This document shows, in pieces, positions 1 to 10,400 of a stretch of 64,000 nucleotides of DNA. The translations under genes and the position numbers were made by a program. Every line of letters begins with the position of its first letter. The stretch's first letter is position 1. A model generated the notes under the pieces. That model did not search any database, had not been told where the DNA came from, and saw nothing but the letters and a program-made list of their open reading frames with translations. The stretch comes from Chitinophaga pinensis. Lineage in GTDB: Bacteria; Bacteroidota; Bacteroidia; NS11-12g; UBA955. The stretch spans positions 35,857-99,856 of the forward strand of contig CAMBFD010000002.1 of assembly GCA_945865625.1 (NCBI GenBank), read 5' to 3'.

Positions 1-1980
1 GTAATATACAAATTCTGCGCTCACGCGACCTTTAAACATTTGCATTTCAATGCCTGCATCATAATTCACAGTGCTTTCCCAACGTAAATTAGGATTTTCT
101 AAACGCGCCACGGCCAATTGTTTTTGTCCGTTATAAAAAGGTAAATTAGAACTTGGGGTCACTGTACCCCAACGTGCGTAATTGTCGAAATTTGCATTTC
201 CCGATTTACCAACACCTGCACGAATTTTCATGAAGTTGATGGTTCTATTTTTCTTGAGAAAATTTTCTTCACTCACAATATAACCAAAGGCTGCAGCAGG
301 GAAGAAACCATAACGATTGTTTGTGCCAAAACGGCTGCTTCCGTCCCAACGACTTGTTAATTGCAAATTGAATTTGTTTTTGTAGCTATAGTTGAAACGA
401 CCGAAGAAAGACAAGAAAGCCCAATTATAAGGAGTGTTGTAACGCGAAACCAACGCCGTGTCTGGAATGCTGTTTTGATCTACGGGACCAACGGCATCAA
501 AATTTTCAACGTATTTACTTTGTGATAGCGAGTTTTGATATTCATTTCCAATCATTAAAGCTATTTTATTGTCGTTGTTTATTTTCTTATTCCACTGACC
601 GGTCACAAAATAGTTGTAGTTTCTTGTCCAAGTTGGAAACCATTTTGCATTGCCATTTTGTTGGTAATTTTGATTGTAATAACGAATTAATTCAGATGGC
701 TCATAGATAAGTTCATTGTAATCCATGTAATCTACACTACCACTTGCATTGATTGAAAATTCAGGAGAAATTTCATAGCTAATCGAGGCATTGTTAATTG
801 TTCTAACTTCTACAGATCTCCAATTTTTCAAATCGCGGATGGTATGCAATCCGATTGGAGTCAAATATGATTTAGAAGAACTATCATAAACCGGATTTAA
901 AGGATAAATGTTCAACATTGTACTCATTGCAGAACCTAAACCTCCAGCCCAAGCTGCATCAACACGGTTGTTTGTTCCTTTGCTTAACGAATGAGATAAG
1001 TTGATGTTTAAACCTTTGATAGGGTTGTAGTCGAAGTTAACGCGTTGACTTGTACGCTCATAGCTATTTCCTTTAATAAATGAACCATTGTTGTCGTATG
1101 ACAAAATGTGTTTCACCGCAAAGTTTTTACCTTTATAGTTTGTACCAATGTTATAGTTTTGTTTCACTCCGGTTGTGAGCATTTGATCAACCCAATCGGT
1201 ATTGTTGTTTTGAACATCTGCCCATTTCACACGTAAACCAACGAGCGATAAATCTGGCGTTCCGGTATGTCCGTCATTTTCCCAAGCTTCTTGGTAAAGT
1301 TGTAACCAATCTTGACCACTTAACATGTCAGGTTTTTTTGTTGGCACACTCACCCCAATACGGGTGCTGATATCGAATTTCAACCCCGATTTACGAGCTC
1401 TTTTGGTGGTAATTAAAATAACACCGTTTGCACCTCTCGACCCGTAGATACTTGTTGCGGCAGCATCTTTTAAAATCTCGATGTTTTCAATGTCTTCTGG
1501 GTTTATACTTGCGAGTGGGTTGTTATTGAAACCTCCGCCATAGTTAGAACCATTTGCACGATTCATAAAGTAATCTTGTGTAATTGGAATTCCATCAACT
1601 ACATATAATGGATCACCCGCGGCTGAAATAGAAGCTGCACCGCGAATACGAATGAGCGAAGCTGATCCAGCCATACCACTACCAACTGTCACCTGAACAC
1701 CAGCTGCTTTACCTTGAAGTGAAGCTTCAAAACTTTGAGTTGGCAATTCAGTAATTTCTTTGCCATTAACGGTTGAAATTGATCCAACAACGTTTCTTCT
1801 CGATGATCTACCATAACCAATGATAACCACATCGCCTAGGCTTTCGGTTTCCGGATTTGCAACCGTGTCTTTATCGCCATTTTTTGTGGCATCTGTTTGC
1901 TGTGAGAAACCAGTTTGACTCATTCCCAAACCTAAAAGGAGTAGGCCAAAAAGTTTCCAAAATTGTAATTTGTTTTGCAT
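1..1980 (-). CDS. SusC/RagA-type TonB-dependent outer-membrane receptor, partial (C-terminal part lies beyond the left edge)
   Basis: Absent from the ORF track because it is open at the window edge. My minus-strand translation from ATG 1980-1978 gives MQNKLQFWKLFGLLLLGLGMSQTGFSQQ (signal peptide). Plug motifs follow: DVVIIGYGRSSRRNVVGSISTV, IRIRGAASISAAGDPLYVVDGIPI, ILKDAAATSIYGSRGANGVILITTK. The frame is open to nt 1 (...NPNLRWESTVNYDAGIEMQMFKGRVSAEFVYY). Confidence 0.8.
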   Translation of the reverse strand, partial: MQNKLQFWKLFGLLLLGLGMSQTGFSQQTDATKNGDKDTVANPETESLGDVVIIGYGRSSRRNVVGSISTVNGKEITELPTQSFEASLQGKAAGVQVTVGSGMAGSASLIRIRGAASISAAGDPLYVVDGIPITQDYFMNRANGSNYGGGFNNNPLASINPEDIENIEILKDAAATSIYGSRGANGVILITTKRARKSGLKFDISTRIGVSVPTKKPDMLSGQDWLQLYQEAWENDGHTGTPDLSLVGLRVKWADVQNNNTDWVDQMLTTGVKQNYNIGTNYKGKNFAVKHILSYDNNGSFIKGNSYERTSQRVNFDYNPIKGLNINLSHSLSKGTNNRVDAAWAGGLGSAMSTMLNIYPLNPVYDSSSKSYLTPIGLHTIRDLKNWRSVEVRTINNASISYEISPEFSINASGSVDYMDYNELIYEPSELIRYYNQNYQQNGNAKWFPTWTRNYNYFVTGQWNKKINNDNKIALMIGNEYQNSLSQSKYVENFDAVGPVDQNSIPDTALVSRYNTPYNWAFLSFFGRFNYSYKNKFNLQLTSRWDGSSRFGTNNRYGFFPAAAFGYIVSEENFLKKNRTINFMKIRAGVGKSGNANFDNYARWGTVTPSSNLPFYNGQKQLAVARLENPNLRWESTVNYDAGIEMQMFKGRVSAEFVYY

Positions 1981-2095
1981 AGGTTTAATTTCGGATTGCA
2001 ATATAAGGAATTTTATAGCAAGTGTCAAAATAACAATTACTCATTTATTGAATAAAATTTCATAAAGTTTAACTTAATGTAAATTAATTACTAAG

Positions 2096-3250
2096 TTATT
2101 TGTCTTTTTTTATCGCTGGTTTAAGCCGAATTACAGTTCTAAATCCTGTAAAAGCATTTTTTTGATCGCCACGTCCAATTTCAACACTCGTTGGGTCTAA
2201 GTAAAAAATATCTTCGGCCCAAGAGCCACCCTTGATTGCAAAATGCATTTTGAGGGATGTTTCATCGCGTAAATATGTGCTTAAAACTTCTTGTTTATGC
2301 GTTTCGGCCAAATTGGGGATAATCTTACCAAATGTGGTGTAAATGTAATCTTTATGATTGTATAGATGTCCAAATGCCCTCGTGCTTGTCCACTCACTCA
2401 CATTGCCTAACAAATGATGAACTTGAGGATATCCCTCAGGGATATTCTGATTGACCGACATTGGGATCATTCTATTCTTTTGAACTACAGCCATTCTATC
2501 GGTCATGGTGCCTTTGTAATTCAAGGAATTTGTAGGTGCCTGCTCAAATATATATTCAAAAACCGGACTTGAAAACCGTGTATTTTTATTTCTTTTCTCG
2601 ATTGTTGGCTTTAAAACACAAGCATCAACACTGGCGTAAAATTCGGCAGAGGTAGGCAAATCAACTTCAATTTTGTATCCTTCTGGAATTGAATTTTTTA
2701 AAGTTTCATTCAATTTTGTTTCAAGCCAATTGCAATATTCGGTGGCCTGAAATTGAGAAACACCAACAACAGGGTAATCGTTGTATGCATTGTGCGCAAA
2801 ATACCATTTATTGTATGGATTATCGGGGTCTTGGTAATTCACATTCGAGCCCCAAACATTGGTTTCGGGCTTCAGCCATTGCTGGGTTAATTTTGAAGTT
2901 TTTCTTTGAGTACAATTGGAGTCATTTAAAAACTCTCTATATTCTTTATTTGAAACTTCATACCGTTGAATGTAGAACGGACTCATGTAAAATTCCGACC
3001 CGTTGGCCCTGATGGTATCGTAACCTAATTGTTCTTCAACTTTTAGGAAAAATTTAAATGTATCGGAGCCAATGGGTTGGTATTTATCGGAAATGCATTT
3101 TGTAATATTTTTGTCAACTTTAGTGTTAAAAGGATGGTCGAAATGCAAAAAATGATATCTGAGGTTGTGTTTAGGGTGGGGTAATTCTTGGGCATTTAGA
3201 ATTCCACAAAATCCCATTAATGCAACTCCTAAAATGTCCCTCAAAATCAT
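2096..3250 (-). CDS. Formylglycine-generating-enzyme (SUMF1/FGE-sulfatase) fold protein, secreted
   Basis: N-terminal signal peptide. C-terminal GGSWAEDIFYLDP...NAFTGFRTVIR is typical of the FGE-sulfatase domain. Only 10 nt downstream of the peroxiredoxin gene, so probably an operon. Confidence 0.6.
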   Translation of the reverse strand: MILRDILGVALMGFCGILNAQELPHPKHNLRYHFLHFDHPFNTKVDKNITKCISDKYQPIGSDTFKFFLKVEEQLGYDTIRANGSEFYMSPFYIQRYEVSNKEYREFLNDSNCTQRKTSKLTQQWLKPETNVWGSNVNYQDPDNPYNKWYFAHNAYNDYPVVGVSQFQATEYCNWLETKLNETLKNSIPEGYKIEVDLPTSAEFYASVDACVLKPTIEKRNKNTRFSSPVFEYIFEQAPTNSLNYKGTMTDRMAVVQKNRMIPMSVNQNIPEGYPQVHHLLGNVSEWTSTRAFGHLYNHKDYIYTTFGKIIPNLAETHKQEVLSTYLRDETSLKMHFAIKGGSWAEDIFYLDPTSVEIGRGDQKNAFTGFRTVIRLKPAIKKDK

Positions 3251-3260
3251 GATCAGAAAA

Positions 3261-3728
3261 TTAAATGCTCGACAAGCAAGTTCTAATTGCTTCTAGGTTA
3301 GGCATTTCGCCTGCATTTTCTAAGACTTCTGCATATTTTACGATTCCATCTGTATTGATAACAAAAGCAGCACGTTTAGAAACGCCACGGGTTCCAAAAG
3401 CAAACTGATCATAAATACAATTGTAAGCAGTTGAAACTTCTTTGTTGAAATCAGACAAAAGTGGGAATGGGTAGTTCATTTCGCTTCTCCATTTTTCCAA
3501 AGTAAACACTGAATCAACGGAAATAGCTAAAATTTCAGCATTCAATGATTGGTATGCGTGGTAATTGTCGCGAACGTCGCAAAGTTCAACAGTGCAAACA
3601 CTGGTAAAAGCAAATGGAAAGAATAAAATGACAACATTTTTTCCTTTAAATTCAGACAAAGTAATGTTTTGTTTGTCGGTATTCACTAAAGTGAAATTTG
3701 GCGCAATTTGATCAATTTGTATAGACAT
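3261..3728 (-). CDS. Peroxiredoxin (AhpC/TSA, Bcp-like)
   Basis: 155 aa with the peroxidatic-Cys motif FPFAFTSVCTVELC and thioredoxin-fold length. Confidence 0.8.
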   Translation of the reverse strand: MSIQIDQIAPNFTLVNTDKQNITLSEFKGKNVVILFFPFAFTSVCTVELCDVRDNYHAYQSLNAEILAISVDSVFTLEKWRSEMNYPFPLLSDFNKEVSTAYNCIYDQFAFGTRGVSKRAAFVINTDGIVKYAEVLENAGEMPNLEAIRTCLSSI

Positions 3729-3763
3729 GTTAGTTTAACAAACATAATCATAAAAAGTTGTAA

Positions 3764-6349
3764 TTAAAAGAGTGTGGGATTGTTGTAATATTCTCTTTTA
3801 TTCAATTTTAACTCTTGTAAAAGTCTGCTTTTAGGTCGCAATGTAAACAACCATTGCTTCATGAAACCGTCTGGTATCCAATTGAATTCAATTTGCCAAC
3901 AATGTAAATCGCGAATCACTGAAAACGATGAGCCTTCAATTCTGCTTAAAGCAAAATTGTAACCACTTTGGTAGGCTATTTTCCAATCTGGAGTTAAATT
4001 CACATCTCCTGAAATTCTAAATGTGTTTGAACTAACCTTTCGCGATGGGTTCAATTCCTCTGCATTGTAACGCCACATGTAAGTAAAATTCAACGTCCAT
4101 GGAATGTTAAAATCGTAATAATTGTTTGGCCTATTTTGAATGTCCTTCATTTCATTCTCTTCATCACCTTCAATCTTTGTCGATTTTTTTGTTGCTTTTT
4201 TCTTAAACATATCGGCTGAGAAACGTGAATTTATATTCAAATCGACATTCCTGAATCGGGCAAATTTGCCTCCATTTGAAATTTGAAATTCATTGAGTAA
4301 TCTACCTTTTTCATTTATTTGGTAGGGACTAAAACTTGCGTTGCTGTTGATACGCATTTGTTTGAAAATAACGGTATTGAAACTGGCGCGGATGTCGCTC
4401 CATTTGAAGCTATCGGCGAATAAATTGTATGAAGTATTGAAACTTAATTGGTCAATAATATTGAATTTCTCTGTCTTTTCTTTTCCCACACTATCTTTCG
4501 AAACTACTTTCTTCCCCTGTAAATTATTGCCTAATCCAAAGTTTAAATAGCCACCTTTGTTTTGGAATAAACTGCCAATAGGGCTTTTTTCAAATGCATT
4601 GTATTTAAATATTTTACCGTTCGTATCTGTATATTCCTTTGTCCAACCTTTAGAAGCAGCATCAATTTCTGGAACATATGAAAATCCAACCGAAGGATTG
4701 ATTGTATGTCGTATTGCCCTCAATTTGCCTACCTTTATATTCGATACAGTACCATATATATTTGTATTTGCACTTGCAGAAAAGTTGTATCCATATTGGC
4801 GGTAAAATCCTTGAGAATCTCTCGTAATTATTTTCTTAGTTGTTTTGTCATATTCCTTAATTTGTGTGGTTAAATGCCAATTCTCGTTGTAATTGATACT
4901 TGGAGAGATGTTTAAGGCCCCATTGAATAATTTCACATTGGTACTTAAAGGAATTGAATGCTTTACTCCAGACGACATTGTATTAAACACCTGCGCATAG
5001 TTTTCACTAAAAATAATAGAGTCTTTCGTTTTGATATTGTTCATCATTGTGGCGTTGTAGCTCAAGCGAATTTGTTCATACCACGAAGTATTAGATCCGT
5101 TTTTCTTTGAAAACGGGGTGATGCTCGAAGCCGATATGTTCACTGTAGGCAATTCTAACCCAAAATCTCGTGTTGCGGTATTTTGAGAATGCCTAGCAGA
5201 AACAGATAAATTTAATTTGTTTTGAAACATCATTCTACCATAATTAATACTCGAAGTAAATTGATTGTTGCTCAAACTATTTAAATCTCTAGAATTTCTG
5301 CGGTTAAATCCTCCTGTGACTATATTAATGTTGCCATTGAAAGTGATACCAGGGTATAGCTTTGGGTCTATATTAAATTGTGAGCGGATACTAAAGTCAT
5401 TGTTTTTGAAATATTCAGGACTTGTTTCTTCGGCACCGTTTCCGAATTTACTAATTTGTAAGGCCAATGTCCCTCTAAATTTATACCTTTTATAATACTG
5501 TGTTTGTAAACCCAAGCGAAAATCACCATTGAAATAGGCATCGGAGGTAATTTGAATGTCGGAATATTGACCAAGACCCATGTAATAACCAAAGTTTTGG
5601 AGGTAATAGCTACTATTTGCACTATTAAATCCTAGCGAAGGAAATATGATTCCGTTTCGTTGTCCTTTTTTTAAGGGAGCCAAACCAAATGGAAGGGCAA
5701 GTGGGGTAGGAATGCCTGCAAAAACTAAATTGGCAGGTCCAAACAGGGCTTTATTGTTTGGCATCACTTTTAGTTTTGAAGCACTTAAATAAAAATGCGG
5801 ATGTGGATCACTGCAAGTCGTTATTTTTCCATCAATACCTGTAAACGTGCCATCATTTTGTTTAAGTACAGTGCCTAAATGAATAAAGGCTTCATCTTGG
5901 GCAAGCATTAAGCCGTAAACTTTGCCTTTTTTCGATTGGCTATTGTATTTCATTGAATCGGCCGTGTATTTATCGCCGTTATCTTCTAATACGGGTTTAA
6001 ATGTGTATTTTTTATTTGAGTCAAGGCCACCTTTTGCAAACAATACTTTTGTATTTAAGTCAACTTCTACGTAATAAGCTTTGAGATGGGTGTTATCCAT
6101 ATCGATAGATGACATATTATATAGGTGTACCGTTTTTGTAGTGAAATCTAAGTAGAGTGAATCTTCGGCTTGAAAAGTTACAATTGATTCTAATGATTTC
6201 TTTTTTGATGGACTGACCACAGCGCTGTCTTTTAAATTAGACAATGTGTCGGAGATTGGCTTTGTTTGAGCCTTTAAAACTGGATTTAAACAAAATAAAA
6301 ACCCTATCCACAAGGTGGTTGCTATATGTTTTCGGGCTTTTTCTTTCAT
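3764..6349 (-). CDS. Putative LPS-assembly outer-membrane protein (LptD/OstA-like)
   Basis: 861 aa with a signal peptide, an OstA-like N-terminal region, a long beta-rich body and a terminal aromatic residue (...YNNPTLF). Divergently paired with an amidase gene. The family assignment is from recall, not a search. Confidence 0.55.
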   Translation of the reverse strand: MKEKARKHIATTLWIGFLFCLNPVLKAQTKPISDTLSNLKDSAVVSPSKKKSLESIVTFQAEDSLYLDFTTKTVHLYNMSSIDMDNTHLKAYYVEVDLNTKVLFAKGGLDSNKKYTFKPVLEDNGDKYTADSMKYNSQSKKGKVYGLMLAQDEAFIHLGTVLKQNDGTFTGIDGKITTCSDPHPHFYLSASKLKVMPNNKALFGPANLVFAGIPTPLALPFGLAPLKKGQRNGIIFPSLGFNSANSSYYLQNFGYYMGLGQYSDIQITSDAYFNGDFRLGLQTQYYKRYKFRGTLALQISKFGNGAEETSPEYFKNNDFSIRSQFNIDPKLYPGITFNGNINIVTGGFNRRNSRDLNSLSNNQFTSSINYGRMMFQNKLNLSVSARHSQNTATRDFGLELPTVNISASSITPFSKKNGSNTSWYEQIRLSYNATMMNNIKTKDSIIFSENYAQVFNTMSSGVKHSIPLSTNVKLFNGALNISPSINYNENWHLTTQIKEYDKTTKKIITRDSQGFYRQYGYNFSASANTNIYGTVSNIKVGKLRAIRHTINPSVGFSYVPEIDAASKGWTKEYTDTNGKIFKYNAFEKSPIGSLFQNKGGYLNFGLGNNLQGKKVVSKDSVGKEKTEKFNIIDQLSFNTSYNLFADSFKWSDIRASFNTVIFKQMRINSNASFSPYQINEKGRLLNEFQISNGGKFARFRNVDLNINSRFSADMFKKKATKKSTKIEGDEENEMKDIQNRPNNYYDFNIPWTLNFTYMWRYNAEELNPSRKVSSNTFRISGDVNLTPDWKIAYQSGYNFALSRIEGSSFSVIRDLHCWQIEFNWIPDGFMKQWLFTLRPKSRLLQELKLNKREYYNNPTLF

Positions 6350-6399
6350 TTAGGTTATAAAGGTGCGAAATTCGGCAAAATTTTTGCCATTACAACCAT

Positions 6400-7266
6400 A
6401 TGAAATCCATGAATATTTTAAATACCAGTTTTTTTTCGAGGGATAAAATAAACTTTCCGATGAAAAGGGGCGTGTTAACCATTTTGTTTTCAATATTGGT
6501 ATTGGTATTTATGCCATCTTTAGACACTCAAGAAATTGTGAGAAAAAAAGTTGACAAAGTAAATATAATTGTGATTGATCCGGGTCATGGGGGAGTAGAC
6601 CCTGGTTGTTCTGGTGCAGGAGAAATTTGGGAAAAGGAAGTTACACTGGCAATAGGATTGAAATTGGGTAAATATTTACAAGATAGTATGCCACAGATAA
6701 AGGTTTTGTATACGCGAAGTACAGATAAATCTTTAAAGCTTTGGGAGCGTCCTAATTTTGCCAACAAGAATAATGCGGATTTATTTATTTCGATACATTG
6801 CAATGCCAATGATAATTCGAAAGCGAGTGGTAGCGAAACATATTTTATGGGTTTGCATAAAACCCAAGGGAATTTAGATGTTGCTAAAAGAGAAAATTCG
6901 GTAATTACTTTTGAGAACGACTATAAAGACAATTCGAGATACGGTGGGTTCAATCCGGATTCTCCGGAAGGACACATTATTTTTTCATTGGTACAAAATG
7001 CGTTTATGAAGCAGAGTTTTAAATTTTCTACTTTGGTGGAGGAAGAAACGAGTAAAAAAAGTAAAATACACACAAAAGGGGTGAATCAAGCAGGTTTTTT
7101 GGTCTTATGGAAAACCGCTATGCCATCTGTTTTAATTGAAACTGGATTTTTAACAAATGGTGCCGACCGTTCTTATTTGAAAAACGAGGAGGGACAGAAG
7201 GTGATAGCTGAAGGCATTTACAGGGCAATTAAACAGTATAAGGTGCAATTAGAGAAATTGAAGTAA
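6400..7266 (+). CDS. N-acetylmuramoyl-L-alanine amidase (Amidase_3)
   Basis: Motifs VIDPGHGGVDPG, SIHCNA and ETGFLTN. The start may instead be the internal Met of MKRGVLTILFSILVLVF. Confidence 0.8.
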   Translation: MKSMNILNTSFFSRDKINFPMKRGVLTILFSILVLVFMPSLDTQEIVRKKVDKVNIIVIDPGHGGVDPGCSGAGEIWEKEVTLAIGLKLGKYLQDSMPQIKVLYTRSTDKSLKLWERPNFANKNNADLFISIHCNANDNSKASGSETYFMGLHKTQGNLDVAKRENSVITFENDYKDNSRYGGFNPDSPEGHIIFSLVQNAFMKQSFKFSTLVEEETSKKSKIHTKGVNQAGFLVLWKTAMPSVLIETGFLTNGADRSYLKNEEGQKVIAEGIYRAIKQYKVQLEKLK

Positions 7267-7479
7267 TTTTTTTGAATTCAATGACCACCTAAAATGAACT
7301 ATTCTAAGCTGTGCGAATGTCATAGATATGTCAAAATTCGTTTTCAATTTAGTTTAAATCATTGAAAATCAGTAGTATAAAAAAAGCATCATAAAATAGT
7401 TTTATTTTTTTTTGCAATTTTTTGCAACCTTTGTTGCATATTGCGTCACAAGAAATATAACTAACATCTAAAAATATCT

Positions 7480-10400
7480 ATGAAATCAACAATTACTAAA
7501 TTAAAGCACATCTTGTATTTCGGTGCGATGGCGTTGGGATTCTTCTCAACCAATCGAGCTGAAGCACAAGCGTGTGGAGCCGGATCCCAACATGCGTATG
7601 GATGCGGAAATCTTTATGGCTACTGCGGCGACATTGACGCGGTGACTGTAAAAAGTAAATCAGGAACGCTAGCCACCTACAGTGGTTTAACTTGTACAGG
7701 TAACGGTGGAAATACCTTCCAAGGTGTTTTAAACGCAGGTTCACCTTTCGATTTAACAGCTGGTGAGGAAATCACTATTGAATTAACCGGTACTGCTTGG
7801 GCGGGTTACGTAACCAAACCAGGTGTTTGGATTGATGCAAACCGAGACAATTCTTTGTCTGGTGCAGAATGCTTAATCGATCCAAGTACTACAACCATTT
7901 CTGGTTTCCAATCGTTTCAAGTAAAATTACCTTGCTTTAGTGCAACTGGTAAATCTTATTTGCGCTTTAGAGGAACTTTGAGTGCTTACAGTATGAGCAA
8001 AACCCAAGGTTGTGGTTCATTTAGTGGCTATGGTAACGACTTCGATTTAGAAATAAACTTAAAAGTTGGTACATCTCCAGTTGCTAACTTTATTGTTCCT
8101 ACGGGTCCAAACTGGCAAGGTACGAACGTAAACTTTATTGCAACCAACCCTAACGCAGGTGCTAACTACAAATGGACATTTACGGGTGCTTCTGTTGTAA
8201 CAAATAACAATTCTATCAAAGGGATTTCACAATGGGCTTCTGCAGGTACATACGACGTGAAAATGTTGGTTGACTATTGCGGAAATGCCGATTCAATTGT
8301 TAAGCAAGTGAAAATTACAGCTCCAACTTCAGTTCCGGTTGCTGATTTCATTGCAGAATCAAATGAAGTGGAATTGGGTTTCAATACAAGAGTATTTGAT
8401 TTAAGTACAAATGGTCCAACTTCTTGGGAATGGGAATTAATTACCCCTACTGGTTTAAACAACACAACTTACAGTGGACAAAATCCTATAATGGATTTTG
8501 TTGAAACTGGATGGCACGAGGTATGTTTAGAAGCAACTAATGCTGTTGGTACTTCAAATAAAGTTTGTAAGAAAAGATATATTGAATGTTTGCCTACTTT
8601 GGATAACTATTTAGGCCCTCAACATGCAACAACAACCAAGTATGGTCGTTTGTTCGACCACAATGGTCCTACCGCGAACTATTCAAACGGACGTAAAACT
8701 TCATTTGACTATTTCCAAATTTTGCCTTGTGGTGCGAAAGAAATTCGTATCAAATTTACTCAATTGAAATTAGCTGATAACGGTGATATCATGAGAATTT
8801 ATGATGGTGATCAAGCTGATCCAAATTATGAAGTAACTCCTAAAATTGGTATTACTAACGCTAATCAATCTTACTATGATACTGCTACAATCAAATTGTA
8901 TAGAGGTGCTGCCTACATTACGTTTGAAACAAACGGTTCTGGTACTGATGCTGGATTTATTATGAATTGGGATTCTGATTTACAACCGGCAACTGCTCCA
9001 AAAGCGAAATGGACAACTCAATACGATCCAATTGGTACTGGTGTAGAAGCGGTCTTTGTAAATGCATCAGCAAATACTAAAGGTGTTCCAGATTTCCAAT
9101 GGTATGTAGACGGTAGTTTGTATACAATTTCTCCTGAATTTAGCAATAAATTTACAACTGATGGTAACTATGAAGTTTGCTTAATTGCAACTACTTGTAC
9201 TGGTGTTGATACTTTCTGCGACTATTTTGCGGTTCAAACTCCAAGTGCTCCTGGTAACGTTGGCTACACTGCTAGCAACTTGCGTCCAGTAATTGGTGAA
9301 GTTGTAACGATTACAACTGAAACTGATTATGCAGACAATTTTGAATGGAGTATTTTCCCTACTTCTTTTACATTTGAAAATGGTACGAACAAAAACAGCC
9401 GTAATCCTCAAATTAAATTCTCTAAAGGTGGTCCTTACACTTTCACATTAAGTGCTTGGAACTCTTATGGTACAAAATCTGCGACTGAAAAGAAAATTAT
9501 CAAAAACAAATATGTAATTGTTCTTGACTATTGTATTCCTTTAGTGAATATGGTAAGTACTGACGTTGCTGTGAATAATGTTAAAGTAACTGATAAATCT
9601 GGTAAGATTTTGATCGATAACATGAGCGCCAATACAACTGATGCTTATTCAGACTTTACTGATGTTCGCGTAATGAAAATGACTTATGGTGCATCTTATG
9701 ATTTAACAATCGATAGAAAAACAACCTCTAATACAGTAAATTACAAAACTTGGATTGACTGGAATATTGATGGTGACTTTGATGATGCAAATGAAGAAGT
9801 TTTAAGTTCTGGCCCTATCACTGGTGGTACTGCTACTTCAAAAATTGTTGTGCCTGCTTTGGCTAACAGTTTTGAAGGTAAAACCCGCATGCGTGTTGGT
9901 GTATCTTATGGTTCATTTGCAAACACTCCGTGTGGTGTAAACCAAGTAGGTGAATTTGAAGATTATTCAATTCAATTAGCGAATGATAAATTACCTCCAA
10001 TGATTAATTTGGTTGGTAGTGATACAGTTCGTGTTGAACGTGGTACTTCTGTTAGTTCTTGCTATGCTGAGGTTGCATCTAAAACTTTCTCAGCTTCTGA
10101 TCCTACTGAAGGTGATATGACAAACAAAGTTGTGTTGGTTTCTGATTTAGATTGCCAAACTTCTGGTGTGTATTCAATTTCTTTTGATTTGAAAGACGCT
10201 TCTGGAAATTCAGCTCCAACCAGAACTAGAACAGTTATTGTAGTCTTAGATAAAACTGGTCCAGTATTAACATTACAAGGTAATGATACCATTAACCTAG
10301 AGCAATGTGGAACTTACACAGAAGCAGGTGCAGTTGCGAATGACTTAATTGATGGTGATTTATCATCTGCTATCAAAGTTGTTGGTTCTGTAGATCCTAG

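Noticed and set aside
2096-3250. Calling the FGE-sulfatase-fold protein a gliding-motility GldJ/GldK homologue
   Set aside because: Only the generic FGE-fold C-terminal motif is recognisable. It lacks the lipoprotein Cys and the gldKLMN context, so the specific call is unsupported.
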